Source of the DNA: Bradymonadia bacterium | GTDB lineage: Bacteria; Myxococcota_A; Bradymonadia; UBA7976; UBA1532 | Reading direction: 5' to 3' | Assembly (NCBI GenBank): GCA_046290225.1 | Contig: JBKAGE010000062.1 | Coordinates: 1 to 51,400 of the forward strand | DNA length: 51,400 nt | Shown here: piece by piece, positions 12,801 through 23,400 of the stretch | Layout: the number at the start of each line of letters is the position of its first letter | Position numbering within the stretch: position 1 is the first letter of the stretch | Program-made: the position numbers and the translations under genes | The notes under the pieces: model-generated | What the model was told of the DNA's origin: nothing | The model's input: the letters and a program-made list of their open reading frames with translations, nothing else | Database searches by the model: none

Positions 12801-14926
12801 TCAGAGGGATTCTCGAAGGTCTCCAGCACCCGCACATAGCCCGAGTCGTCGGGGACGAAGTGCTGCCGAGTGACGATGAGCCCCTGGTGTACGTCGGGGC
12901 CGAAGACGAACTCGCGATCGTTGTTGATCAGCACCGCGTTGTTCTGGCTCGGGAACCGCCTGTCGTTGACGTTGAGGTTGTTGATGCCGTCGAAGGCGTC
13001 GCTGGTGCCCTCGTCGAGATCACCATCGCTGTCGAAGTACCATTCGAAGTTGTCACCGTCGGTGATGAAGTACTCGTCCACGAAGGCCGCCACATCTGCG
13101 ACGTCTGCGGGATCGGTGTTGTCGAGGCGCAACTCCTGCAAGTCGGAGCGCTCGTCGCTGTCGGAGTCCGAGTCGAAGTCGCTGGTGCCAGCGAGGGCCT
13201 CTTCGTCCGCAGGCACGCCGTCACCATCTGCGTCGTCGTCGCAGAGGTCGCCCAGGCCATCGCCGTCGAAGTCCGCCTGATCGGGATCGGGGATGCCGGG
13301 GCAGGTGTCGCTGAACTCGCAGACGCCGTCTTCATCCTCATCAGCGCTGAAGCTCTCCGCATCCAGAGGATCAGTGCCGCACTCGCGCTCGAAGGCGTCG
13401 GAGAAGGTGTCGTTGTCGTCGTCGTCGTCGCAGACATCGCCGAAGCCGTCACCATCAGTGTTCAGCTGATCTTCGTTGCCCAGCTCGGGGCAGTTGTCAC
13501 AGGCGTCACCGACGGTGTCACCAGAGGCCACACACAAGAAGGGGCGGGTGTTTTCGCAGCGGTTGTCGTTCCACAAGCCGCTGTTCAAGATCTCGGCGCA
13601 GTCTTCGGCGCCGCCAGAGTCATTGGGCTCGTTGTTGTTCCAGTTGGTGTACTCGCGAACGACACCATCCACCCAGAGGAACGTGCCCTCAGTCTCAGCA
13701 TCGGTGAAGCCGATCCAGGTGCTCTGGTTGGTGATACCTTCGAGGAAGGTGTTCTCATCGGCATTTTCGATGACCGCGATGTCGCCGCCGTAGGTCTGGC
13801 AGCGCTCACGGGCAGTGTTCCAGGCGACGCTCTCACCACAGTAGAGGTAGGCGATGCCTGCAGGGCTCACCTGATAGCTGCAGCCCGTCTCTGCGAGGCA
13901 GGTCTCCTCGGAGTTGCAGACAAAGACGTTGCCAGCGTCGGTGTTGGCCTGGTCGTTGTTGGCGACGGTGGGGCAGTTGTCATCTGCGTCGACGAAATCA
14001 TCGTTGTCGTCATTGTTGTCGCAGGCGTCACCCTCAGCGTCGTCGTCTGAGTTGAGCTGATCGGGGTTGGCGTCCTCGAGGCAGTTGTCGCAGGCGTCAC
14101 CTACGCCATCTTCATCGCCATCGGTCTGGGCCGGGTTGGCGTCTCCGGGGCAGTTGTCCAATACATCACATTGCCCATCTTCGTCGCCATCGACAGGCAG
14201 ACTTGCGGCGTCGAGCGGATCGCTCTCGCACGCCACCTCAAGGGCATCAGCGACGCCGTCGCCGTCATCGTCGTCGTCACAGAGGTCGCCGGCTTCGTCG
14301 CCGTCGGTGTTGGTCTGCTCGGGGTTGGCGTCACCTGGGCAGTTGTCGATGGGGTCACATACGCCATCTTCGTCTTCGTCAGCAGGCAGGCTCTCGGCGT
14401 CGAGTGGATCGCTGTTGCATTCACCCTCGACGATGTCGCTCACGCCATCGTTGTCGTCATCGTCGTCGCAGGCGTCGCCGGCTTCATCGCCGTCTGTGTT
14501 GATCTGATCGGGGTTGGCATCGCTCGGGCAGTTGTCACAGGCATCGCCCAGGCCATCCTCATCGCCGTCTGCCTGGTCGGCGTTGGCGGCGTCGACGCAG
14601 TTGTCAGCGTCGTCGCAGATGCCGTCTTCGTCGGCGTCGCCGATGCCTTCGCACGGGTCGACCACCATGCCTCCGGCACCACCGGGCTCACCACCTGCCC
14701 CGCCAACGTCGCCCCCAGCGCCGCCGACGTCACCGCCCATGCCACCGGCGCCACCGGGCTCACCCCCAGCCCCGCCAGGGTCACCACCCATGCCAGCTGC
14801 ACCGCCCATGCCGCCGGTGACTTGGGCGTCCGGGGTGTCTTCGTTTGTCTCTTCGTCATCACAACCGGCGCCCCAGAGGGCTAAGGCCAGCACCAGGGCT
14901 GTGTGGATCGAATGGGTGTGCTTCAC
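9806..14926 (-). CDS. Giant Ca-binding TSP3-repeat / C-type lectin surface lipoprotein, paralog 2 (~1706 aa)
   Basis: Same architecture as paralog 1; signal VKHTHSIHTALVLALALWGAGC nearly identical to paralog 1; lectin WIGFTD..EPND..EDC..WND. Start placed at GTG 14926 (or 14932) by homology and AAGGGAG RBS; the ORF track extends to 14968. Confidence 0.9.
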   Translation of the reverse strand: MKHTHSIHTALVLALALWGAGCDDEETNEDTPDAQVTGGMGGAAGMGGDPGGAGGEPGGAGGMGGDVGGAGGDVGGAGGEPGGAGGMVVDPCEGIGDADEDGICDDADNCVDAANADQADGDEDGLGDACDNCPSDANPDQINTDGDEAGDACDDDDDNDGVSDIVEGECNSDPLDAESLPADEDEDGVCDPIDNCPGDANPEQTNTDGDEAGDLCDDDDDGDGVADALEVACESDPLDAASLPVDGDEDGQCDVLDNCPGDANPAQTDGDEDGVGDACDNCLEDANPDQLNSDDDAEGDACDNNDDNDDFVDADDNCPTVANNDQANTDAGNVFVCNSEETCLAETGCSYQVSPAGIAYLYCGESVAWNTARERCQTYGGDIAVIENADENTFLEGITNQSTWIGFTDAETEGTFLWVDGVVREYTNWNNNEPNDSGGAEDCAEILNSGLWNDNRCENTRPFLCVASGDTVGDACDNCPELGNEDQLNTDGDGFGDVCDDDDDNDTFSDAFERECGTDPLDAESFSADEDEDGVCEFSDTCPGIPDPDQADFDGDGLGDLCDDDADGDGVPADEEALAGTSDFDSDSDSDERSDLQELRLDNTDPADVADVAAFVDEYFITDGDNFEWYFDSDGDLDEGTSDAFDGINNLNVNDRRFPSQNNAVLINNDREFVFGPDVHQGLIVTRQHFVPDDSGYVRVLETFENPSDEAYIATIDYDGDLGSDEDTRIEASSTGDLIVNVDDAWFVTDDGPNDDPTIGHAYGSPEALLRLSNQDASDEDEVEWATRRFVIGGGQTVRLLWFVTQQGDVASATARISAIAEDPSAYLGGLDEATQATILNWPLRPDTDGDGLNDDLEAIFGSDPAVADTDEDGVDDGAEFLAGSDPNVADPDVDVDNDGLGAAQESMLGTDPLSSDSDGDGIEDGVELELGLNPALADTDGDGADDNDEIDNLGTDPLNPDSDDDGMPDGFEAQYDLNPLDPADAELDADEDGLSNVREAELGTNPRNTDSDGDGLDDNVELNLDPPLDPANADTDGGGTPDGLEFETDLTDPLDPSDDIVRVNFDYVLFDGAGFEWDIRNDGRIRDGSNNAYDGGLDLVVDGTRYPSQGNGILEPGFDGRLVRLGPVTIDELVVTRQIYIPELEGAAFARFTEIIENPTEAPIEVDVALDTNLGSNATLIADSDGSSAVDIADQWLITDDGQDGEGEPSMLHYVWGADAAVQPSVLTQNEDDLDWTYTVLVPANSRVVLMHFASQNANNADAQAQIAMLEELSSDYALVALSDDIRADIVNFNAFDDADGDGLSDQDEAIAGTDANDQDTDNDGLLDGFEVRNGFDPLVGGEQGQDPDADDLTNLEEQANGTDPNNADTDGDGLNDGAEINGDPASNPLTVDTDGDGLRDGAEIEAGSDPTVADTDDDGITDDVEVLVLGTNPALADTDDDGMGDLFEVDAGLDPTVDDAAGDLDDDGLTNLAEFNLGTDPADADTDNDRLNDGAEVNVHGTDPFDSDTDNGGTIDGWEVNEDGTDPLNPADDIVPPFLYFEGAANDVDEIDIINGGFEQCFSGLYGQGGTSVASVLEECSSPVLMLACRPVGAETFQVAAMGEREVILQDSGRENNPTNEHNGLNWYFSNTYSWGFGPAGEALSRNSCDTNNRDRNDRLCWHTSGGNFNGGWRCGSNTGLNGNNGFERVIFQRPLPLVVNPEP

Positions 14927-14994
14927 GGGCACGGCTCCCTTCAGTGTGGACAGGACAGATGCGCTCATCGGAATTGAGCAGTCATAACTGAAGC

Positions 14995-15028
14995 ACCCCT
15001 AGCGGAGGTCGGGGGTGGGCCGCAAACT
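14995..15028 (-). promoter_or_regulatory. Conserved 34-bp upstream element of lectin paralog 2
   Basis: Coding strand AGTTTGCGGCCCACCCCCGACCTCCGCTAGGGGT; 30/34 match to 9713-9746. Confidence 0.5.
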
Positions 15029-15077
15029 TAGGTGTGCGTGCAGGCGGTGAGGTGGGCTGGAAATCGAGGGGGGTGGA

Positions 15078-18000
15078 TCAGGGCTGAGGGGCGACCACGA
15101 GGGGCAGGGGACGCTGGAAGATAAAGCGCTCCCAGCTGGCGTTGTTGTTGAGGCCCGTGTTGGCGCCGCAGCGCCAGCCGTCGTTCATGTTGCCGCCACC
15201 GGTGTGCCAGCAGAGGCGCTGCTCGGGGAGAGTATCCGCCGTGTCGCACGAGTTACGGCTCAGGTCTTCACCGAGGGGGCCGAAGCCCCAGGAGTAGCTG
15301 TCGCTGAAGTACCAGTTGAGCCCGTTGTGCTCGTTCACCGGGTTCCCTGCGCTGCCCGAGTTCTGGAGGATCACCTCGCGCTCACCCATGCCAGCCACCT
15401 GGAACGTGTCGGTGCCCACCTGGCGGCAGGCCATCATCAGCACCGGGCTGCTGCACGCTTCGAGGATGTCTGCGATGGCGGGTGAGTTCTCGCTGTAGAG
15501 ACCCGCATAGCACTGCTCGAAGCCGCCGTTGATCACATCGAACTCAGTGATGTCGGTGGCAGCGCCTTCGAAGTAGAGGAAGGGGGGTACGATGTCGTCG
15601 GCGGGGTTGAGCGGATCAGTGCCGTCTTCGCTCACCTCCCAGCCGTCGATGGTGCCGCCGCCGTCCGTGTCGTTGTCGAGCGGGTTGGTGCCGTGGATGT
15701 TCACCTCGTCGCCATCAGTGAGGCGGTCATCGTCGCTGTCCGAGTCCGCCGGATCAGTGCCAGCCTCGAACTCCTGCAGGTTGCTCAAGCCGTCTTCGTC
15801 GAGGTCTCCAGCGGCGTCATCCACGAGAGGGTCGAGACCGGCGTCCACCTCGAAGCCGTCCGTCATGACGTCGTTGTCGGTGTCGGCGCGGGTGGGATCA
15901 GTGCCCAGGCTCTGCACCTCCACAGCATCGGAGAGACCATCGTCATCGGTGTCCACCAGGTTGGGATCGCTGCCTGCTGCGAGCTCCTCGGCGTCTTCGA
16001 GGCCGTCGCCGTCGGTGTCGGCGGTGAGGGGGCTCGATGAAGGATCTCCATTCACCTCGGCGCCATCGTTGAGGCCGTCACCGTCAGTGTCGGCCACTGC
16101 GGGATCGGTGCCGTTGGCCTGCTCTTCGAGGTTGGTGAGATCGTCGGCGTCGGGGTCCTGGCCCTGCTCGCCGCCCACGAGGGGGTTGAAGCCGTTGCGG
16201 ACCTCGAAGCCATCGAGCAGGCCGTCATTGTCGGTGTCCTGGTCGTTGGCGTCAGTGCCTGCGATGGCCTCGTCCTGATCGCTCAGGCCGTCGCCATCAG
16301 CGTCGTCGAAGGCGTTGAAGTTCACGATGTCGGCCCGAATGTCGTCAGACAACGCCACGAGGGCGTAATCACTCGACAGCTCTTCGAGCATGGCGAGTTG
16401 AGCTTGGGCGTCGGCGTTGTTGGCGTTCTGGCTGGCGAAGTGCATCAGCACCACCCGCCCACCAGCGGGCACCAGCACCGGGTAGGTCCAGTCGAGGTCA
16501 TCTTCGTTTTGAGTCAGCGCGCTCGGTTGCACCTCGGCGCCAGCACCCCAGACATAGTGCAGCATCGAGGAGTCGCCTCCGCCGTCATTGTTGTCGTCGG
16601 TGATGAACCAGTTGTCGGCGGTGTCTACGAAGTTGCTGCCATCACTGTCGGCGATGAGCACCGTGTCACCATCGGAGCCCAGGCTCGTGTCCAGGGCCAC
16701 ATCCACCTCGATGGGGGCCTCGGTGGGGTTCTCGATGATCTCGAGGAAGCGGGCAAAGGCCGCGCCCTCGATTTCGGGCACGTAGATGTGACGGGTGACC
16801 ACAAGATCGCCGATGGTGGCAGGGCCAAGGCGCAACAGGCGGCTGTTGAAGCCCGGCTCCAGAATGCCCTGAGGCTGGCTGGGGTAGCGGGTGCCGCCGA
16901 CGATGAGATCGAGGCCATTGTCGTAGGCATCGTTGGTGCCGTTGCTGATGCGGCCGTCGTTGCGGATGTCCCACTCGAAGCCTGCGCCGTCTATGATGTC
17001 GTGGTTGAAGCTCACCCGCACGATGTCGTCATCGGGGTTGAGCGGATCAGTGAAGTCGATGTCGAGCTCAGTGCCGTCATCGGTACCGCCGCCGTCGGTG
17101 TCGCGGTTCGTGGGATCGAGGGGCGGATCGAGGTTGAGTTCTACGTTGTCTTCGAGGCCGTCATTGTCTGAGTCGGTGTCTCGGGGACTGGTGCCCAGCT
17201 CCGCCTCGCGCAGGTTGCTCAGGCCATCTTCGTCGGCGTCCAGCTCCGCGTCGGCGGGGTCGAGGGGGTCGAGGGCGTACTGCGCCTCGAAGCCGTCAAT
17301 CATGCCGTCCGCGTCAGAGTCAGGGTTGAGTGGATCAGTACCCAGATCGAGCTCTTCGTTGTCTTCGACGCCATCTGCGTCAGTGTCGATCAGCGTCGGA
17401 TCGGTGCCCAGCTCCAGCTCGGCGCCGTCATTGAGGCCATCACCGTCGGTGTCAGGGTCGAGGGGATCTGTACCGAGCATGGCTTCTTGGGCCGCACCGA
17501 GGCCGTCCTCGTCCACATCGACTTCAGGATCAGCCACGTTGGGATCGCTGCCGGCGAGGAACTCAGCGCCGTCGTCGACACCGTCGTCATCGGTGTCGGC
17601 CACAACAGGGTCAGAGCCGAAGATGGCCTCGAGTGCGTCGTTGAGACCGTCGCCATCGGCGTCGGGGCGCAGAGGCCAGTTCAAGATGGTGGCCTGTGTC
17701 GCCTCGTCCAGGCCCCCCAGGTAAGAGGCCGGCTCTGCGGCGATGGCGGAGATGCGATCCTGAGCTGCGTCCAGGTCATCTTGTTGGGTGACGAACCACA
17801 TCAAACGCACCGTCTGCCCCGCGCCGATGACGAATCGGCGGGGCGCCCACTCGATCTCGCCAAAGCGTTGATTGATCTGGGACAAGGGCAGCAACGCTTC
17901 GGGCGAGGCGTAAGCGTGGCCGACGGCAGGGGCCTGGCCGGGGCCTGGGCCGAAGCCGCCCTTGGCGCCGAAGCCGCCCTCGTCGAACTCGCCGTTGTCG

Positions 18001-20306
18001 TCGGTGACGAACCATTCGTCGTCAATGCCTACGTCGAGATCACCAGAGCTCGTGGCCTCCACGGTGGTGAGGTCGTAGGTGCCAAGGTCACCGTCGAAGT
18101 TCAGGACGGCGATGTAGGGTGCCTCCGAGGGGTTCTCGAAGGTCTCGAGCACCCGAATGTAGCCCGAGTCGTCGGGGACGAAGTGCTGCCGAGTGACGAT
18201 GAGCCCCTCGTGCACGTCGGGCCCGAAGACGAACTCACGGCCGTTGTTGATCAGCACCGCGTTGTTCTGACTCGGGAAGCGCTGATCGTTGACGTTGAGA
18301 TCGTTGAAATTGGCAAAGGCGAAGTCGCCGCCTTCGTCGAGGGCGCCGTCGCTGTCCATGTACCACCCGAAGTCTTCGCCATCGATGAGGAAGTACTCGT
18401 CTACGAAGGCCGCGACGTCTTCGGCGTCGTTGGGATCAGTCTCGTCGAGGCGGAGCTCCTGCAAGTCGGAGCGCTCGTCGCTGTCGGAGTCCGAATCGAA
18501 GTCGCTGGTGCCAGCGATGGCTTCTTCGTCTGCAGGCACGCCGTCACCGTCTGCATCGCCGTCACAGAGATCGCCCAGGCCGTCGCCGTCGAAGTCCGCC
18601 TGATCGGGATCGGGGATGCCGGGGCAGGTGTCGCTGAACTCGCAGACGCCGTCTTCGTCCTCGTCGGCGCTGAAGCTCTCCGCGTCCAGAGGATCGGTGC
18701 CACAAATCTCTTCGAAGGCATCAGAGAAGGTGTCGTTGTCGTCGTCGTCGTCGCAGGCGTTGCCAAAGGCATCGCCGTCAGTGTTCAGCTGATCCGGGTT
18801 GCCGAGGTTGACGCAGTTGTCGCACGCGTCACCGAGCGCGTCGCCGCCGGCAGAGCAGAGGAAGGGTCGTGTGTTCTCGCAGCGGTTGTCGTTCCAGAGA
18901 CCATCTGCCCGCATCTCAGTGCAGTCTTCGAGGCCGCGAGAGTTGTTGGGCTCATTGTTGTTCCAGTTGGTGTACTCGCGCTCGATGCCGTCCACCCAGA
19001 GGAACGTGCCCTCAGTCTCAGCATCGGTGAACCCGAACCACGTGCTCTGGTTGGTGATGCTGTCGAGGAAGGTGTTCTCGTCGTCATTTTCGATGACCGC
19101 GAGATCACCACCGTAGCTCTGACAGCGTTGTTGGGCCGTGGGCCAGTCGACGCTCTCGCTGCAGTAGAGATAAGCCACCCCTGCGGGGCTCACCTGGTAG
19201 TTGCAGCCGGTCTCCGCGAGGCAGGTCTCGTCGTCGTTGCAGACAAAAACGTTGCCGACGTCAGCGTTGGCCTGATCGTTGTTGGCGACGGTGGGGCAGT
19301 TGTCTTCTGCGTCGACGAAATCGTCGTTGTCATCGTTGTTGTCGCAGGCGTCACCCTCAGCATCGTCATCGGAGTTGAGCTGGTCGGGGTTGGCGTCGGC
19401 GAGGCAGTTGTCGCAGGCATCGCCTACGCCGTCTTCGTCGCCGTCGGTCTGCGCGGGGTTGGCATCGGCTACACAGTTGTCGAGGGGGTCACACACGCCG
19501 TCCTCGTCACCGTCCGCAGGCAAGCTGCCGACGTCGAGAGGATCACTCCCACAGGCCACCTCGAGCTCATCTGCGGCGCCATCATCATCATCGTCGGCGT
19601 CGCAGAGGTCACCAGTGCCGTCCCCTTCAGTGTCTAGCTGGTCGGGGTTGGCGTCACCAGGGCAGTTGTCGAGGGTGTCACACACACCATCTGCGTCTTC
19701 GTCGGTGGGCAAGATCTCAGCATTGAAGGGATCGCTGCCACACTCGGCCTCTACGAGATCGCTCACGCCGTCGCCGTCATCATCATCGTCGCAGGCGTCA
19801 CCCGCTTCGTCCTCATCGGCATTGGCCTGATCGGGGTTGGCGTCATCGGGGCAGTTGTCACAGGCGTCGCCTGCACCGTCTTCGTCGCCATCGGTCTGAT
19901 CGGGGTTGGCATCGCCGGGACAGTTGTCCACGTCGTTGCAGATGCCGTCTTCGTCGGCGTCGCCAGTGCCTTCGCACGGGTCGACCACCATGCCGCCCAT
20001 CCCGCCAACTTCGCCGCCAGCGCCAGCCTCGCCTCCTGCGCCGCCGACGTCACCGCCAGCACCACCGGCCTCGCCACCAGCTCCAGCTTCACCACCAGCA
20101 CCACCGACGTCACCGCCAGCGCCGCCGACCTCGCCGCCAGTACCGGCTTCACCGCCAGCACCGCCGGCTTCGCCGCCGACACCACCTGTGACCGAGCCAC
20201 CCATGCCGCCCTCACCGGAGACTTCTTCGCCGGTGTCGTCACAGCCGGCGCCCCACAACGCCAGACTCAGGGCCAGAGCGGCCTGTAAGTGTCTGTCTCT
20301 ACGCAT
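15078..20306 (-). CDS. Giant Ca-binding TSP3-repeat / C-type lectin surface lipoprotein, paralog 3 (~1742 aa)
   Basis: MRRDRHLQAALALSLALWGAGC lipoprotein signal from ATG 20306 (GAGAGG upstream); same domain order; lectin EPNN..EDC..WND; body closely similar to paralog 2. Confidence 0.9.
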   Translation of the reverse strand: MRRDRHLQAALALSLALWGAGCDDTGEEVSGEGGMGGSVTGGVGGEAGGAGGEAGTGGEVGGAGGDVGGAGGEAGAGGEAGGAGGDVGGAGGEAGAGGEVGGMGGMVVDPCEGTGDADEDGICNDVDNCPGDANPDQTDGDEDGAGDACDNCPDDANPDQANADEDEAGDACDDDDDGDGVSDLVEAECGSDPFNAEILPTDEDADGVCDTLDNCPGDANPDQLDTEGDGTGDLCDADDDDDGAADELEVACGSDPLDVGSLPADGDEDGVCDPLDNCVADANPAQTDGDEDGVGDACDNCLADANPDQLNSDDDAEGDACDNNDDNDDFVDAEDNCPTVANNDQANADVGNVFVCNDDETCLAETGCNYQVSPAGVAYLYCSESVDWPTAQQRCQSYGGDLAVIENDDENTFLDSITNQSTWFGFTDAETEGTFLWVDGIEREYTNWNNNEPNNSRGLEDCTEMRADGLWNDNRCENTRPFLCSAGGDALGDACDNCVNLGNPDQLNTDGDAFGNACDDDDDNDTFSDAFEEICGTDPLDAESFSADEDEDGVCEFSDTCPGIPDPDQADFDGDGLGDLCDGDADGDGVPADEEAIAGTSDFDSDSDSDERSDLQELRLDETDPNDAEDVAAFVDEYFLIDGEDFGWYMDSDGALDEGGDFAFANFNDLNVNDQRFPSQNNAVLINNGREFVFGPDVHEGLIVTRQHFVPDDSGYIRVLETFENPSEAPYIAVLNFDGDLGTYDLTTVEATSSGDLDVGIDDEWFVTDDNGEFDEGGFGAKGGFGPGPGQAPAVGHAYASPEALLPLSQINQRFGEIEWAPRRFVIGAGQTVRLMWFVTQQDDLDAAQDRISAIAAEPASYLGGLDEATQATILNWPLRPDADGDGLNDALEAIFGSDPVVADTDDDGVDDGAEFLAGSDPNVADPEVDVDEDGLGAAQEAMLGTDPLDPDTDGDGLNDGAELELGTDPTLIDTDADGVEDNEELDLGTDPLNPDSDADGMIDGFEAQYALDPLDPADAELDADEDGLSNLREAELGTSPRDTDSDNDGLEDNVELNLDPPLDPTNRDTDGGGTDDGTELDIDFTDPLNPDDDIVRVSFNHDIIDGAGFEWDIRNDGRISNGTNDAYDNGLDLIVGGTRYPSQPQGILEPGFNSRLLRLGPATIGDLVVTRHIYVPEIEGAAFARFLEIIENPTEAPIEVDVALDTSLGSDGDTVLIADSDGSNFVDTADNWFITDDNNDGGGDSSMLHYVWGAGAEVQPSALTQNEDDLDWTYPVLVPAGGRVVLMHFASQNANNADAQAQLAMLEELSSDYALVALSDDIRADIVNFNAFDDADGDGLSDQDEAIAGTDANDQDTDNDGLLDGFEVRNGFNPLVGGEQGQDPDADDLTNLEEQANGTDPAVADTDGDGLNDGAEVNGDPSSSPLTADTDGDGLEDAEELAAGSDPNLVDTDDDGLSDAVEVQSLGTDPTRADTDNDVMTDGFEVDAGLDPLVDDAAGDLDEDGLSNLQEFEAGTDPADSDSDDDRLTDGDEVNIHGTNPLDNDTDGGGTIDGWEVSEDGTDPLNPADDIVPPFLYFEGAATDITEFDVINGGFEQCYAGLYSENSPAIADILEACSSPVLMMACRQVGTDTFQVAGMGEREVILQNSGSAGNPVNEHNGLNWYFSDSYSWGFGPLGEDLSRNSCDTADTLPEQRLCWHTGGGNMNDGWRCGANTGLNNNASWERFIFQRPLPLVVAPQP

Positions 20307-20442
20307 CGGGCAAAACCCTCTCTTTGAATGTGCACGGCTGTATGCGCGAAATCTGCCTATAACCCGCAAAAGCGTTGGGCAGACAAGTAAATCGGGCGGG
20401 TGGGCAAAATCAGTGAGGTGGGTTTGCGGCGGGTAGGGGGGC

Positions 20443-23400
20443 TCAGTCCTGAGCGGGGATGAGGGGGGCTGCGCGCTGGTAGATGACGCGCTCGTACGTC
20501 AGCGAACCGTTGAGGCTACGGTTGGCGCCACAACGGTAGCCGTTGTCGAGGAGGCCGTTCTGCGTGTGCCAGCACAAGCGGCCCTCGTCGTCGGCGCCGT
20601 TGGTGTCGCACGAGCCGCGGCTGAGCTCACCGCCCACAGGACCGAAGCCCCACGAATGATCCGTGCTGTAGTACCAGTTCACGTCGTTGTGCTCGTTGAC
20701 CGGGTTCCGCTCGTTGCCTTGATCAGCGAGCACGAACTCGCGCTCGCCCATGGCGGCCACGCGGAAGGCCGGCTGGCCGATCTCGCGACAGGCCATCAGC
20801 AGGATCTCACCACCACAGTTGGCGAGGATGTCATCCAGGCTGTTGAAGTCGTTGTCGTACAGATCGCGGTGACACTGTACGAACCCGCCAGCGACCACGT
20901 TGACCTCGGCGATATCGTTGCTCGGCCCCGAGAAGTACAGGGTGGGTACGGGCTCGTCATCCCCAGCGACGAGGGGATCTGTGCCCGCCTGCACTTCGAG
21001 GCCGTCGGGGGTACCACCGCCGTCAGTGTCCCGGTTGTTGGGATCAGTGCCTGCTGCGATCTCCTCAGCGTCAGAGAGCAGGTCATAGTCGCTGTCGGTG
21101 ACGTCGGCCCGGGTGCCGAGGTTGAACTCCTCGAGGTTGGTGAGCGTGTCCTCATCGCGATCGCCTGCGGCGTCGTCGACGAGGGGGTCGAGCCTGTTCT
21201 CCACCTCGTAGTCGTCGCTCATCCCGTCGCTGTCGGTGTCGACGAGGGTGGGGTTGGAGCCGTGCACGTTCACCTCGTCGCCATCGCTGAGGTTGTCACC
21301 ATCGCTGTCGATGTCGTTGGGATCCGTGCCTGTCTCCAGCTCAGCGCCGTCCCGCAGGCCGTCATTGTCGGTGTCGGCGTTGATCGGGTCAGTGAAGGGC
21401 TCGACATTGAGCTCGTCGCCGTCAGTGCGGCCGTCGTTGTCCGAATCTGCGCGGCGGGCGAGAGAGCCTGCGGCGAACTCCTCGAGGGTGGTGAGGCCGT
21501 CATTGTCGAAGTCGATCTCCTGCTCGCCTGCGGTGAGCGGATCGAGATCGTTCTCCACCTCGTAGCCATCACTGAGGCCATCGCCGTCGGTGTCGGCGTT
21601 GGCTGGGTCCGTGCCCAAAGCGGCTTCGTCGCCATCGTCGAGGTCGTCGCCGTCGGCGTCAGTGAAGATCGAGAAGTTCACCACATCGGCTCGAAGGTTG
21701 CCGGGGATGCCCAACAGCTCGACGTCAGGCTCGAGCTCGGTGAGCGACTCCACCCGGGCGAGGGCCTCGGCACGGTTGCGGTTCTGGCTGGCGAAGTGCA
21801 TCAGCACCACCCGACCCCCAGCAGGTACCGTGAGCGTGTAACCCCAGGAGAACTCCTCGCCGTTCAGCGCCACCGTGGAGGGGGTCACCGGGGCCTCCGG
21901 GTCAGCGAGGAAGTGCACCATGGAGGGATCGTCGTCGTTGTCCACGTCATCGCTGATGAACCAGGTGTCATTGCCATCGAGCACGTTGTCGCCGCTGCTC
22001 TCGGCCACGAGGACCGTCTCGTCGTCAGAGCCCAGGTCGCCGATCAGCTGCACCGACACCTCGATGTCGGCGTCGGTGGGGTTGGCGATGACCTCGAGGA
22101 ACCGCGCAAAGGCGGAGCCGTTGGCGCTGGGGATGTACACGCGGCGGGTCACTGAGAGATCGCCCATGGCCGCAGGGCCGAAGACCACCTCGCGGCCGAA
22201 GCCTGGTGTGGTCTCTGCGGTGTCGAAGTCGGGGAACTCGATGCCGCCGACGAGCAGCTCCACGCCGTCGTCGTAGGCGTCGTCGGAGCCGTTGTCGATG
22301 CCGCCGTTGCGCTGGATGTCCCACTCGAAGCCCTCGCCGTCGAAGAGCGAGAAGTCGAAGCGATCTACCACCAGGGTCTCATCGAAGCGGTTGAGCGGAT
22401 CAGTGCCATCGGCGATCTCCTGCCCGTCATCGATGCCGCCGTTGTCGGTGTCGGGGTTGCCCGGATCGAGGGGCGGCTCGAGTTGAAGCTCCTCGTTGTC
22501 GCCGAGGCCGTCGCCGTCAGTGTCGGGGTTGTTCGGGTTGAGGCCGAGGTTGAACTCTTCGAGGTTTGTAAGGCCGTCTTCATCGGCGTCGATGGCTGAA
22601 TCGTCGGCGAGCGGATCAAGGCCGAACTCGGCTTCGAACCCATCGGACATCGTGTCACCATCGGTGTCCTCGATGGTGGGATCGGTGAGAAGGATGTACA
22701 GCTCGTCGAAGTCGTTGAGGCCGTCACCATCGGAGTCGCCCTGGGTGGGATCGGTGCCCAAAGCGAGCTCGACGTCGTCATTGATGCGATCGCCATCGGA
22801 GTCGGCGAGGTTGGGGTCGGTGCCCAGCTCAAGTTCTTCGGCCTCGGTGAGGCCGTCGCCGTCGAGGTCGAGATTGGCGTTGGGCATCGTGGGATCAAGG
22901 CCCAGGACGATCTCGCGGAGATCGTTCAGGCCGTCGCCGTCGGTGTCGGCGAGGTTGGGATCAGTGCCGAAGGCGGGCTCGCGATCGTCGTCGATGCCGT
23001 CGCCGTCGGCGTCTTCACCAAACTGCCAGTTCACCACGGTGGCATTTTCCCCGAGATCGACCAGATAGGCCGCGGGGTCCGCGGCGATGGCCGACATGAG
23101 GTCGACGGCCAGCTGTGTGCCGGTTTGCTGAGTGAGGAACCATGCCACGATGCGGGTCTCTCCAGCAGGCACCGTGAAGTTGTAGGTCCAGTCAGGGTTG
23201 TCGTCGTCGAGGAACTGGTTGCGCACGCCGCCCACCGCAGCAAACTCGCCATAGGCATGGCCTACGGTGGGATCACCCCCGGTGGGGCTGTCATCGGTGA
23301 CGAACCAGCTGTCGTCCGAGGATACGATGAGATCGCCGCTTCCAGTGCCATACACCCCAGTGCCGTCATCCGAGCCGAGGTTGCCGCGGTAGTGGAGCTC

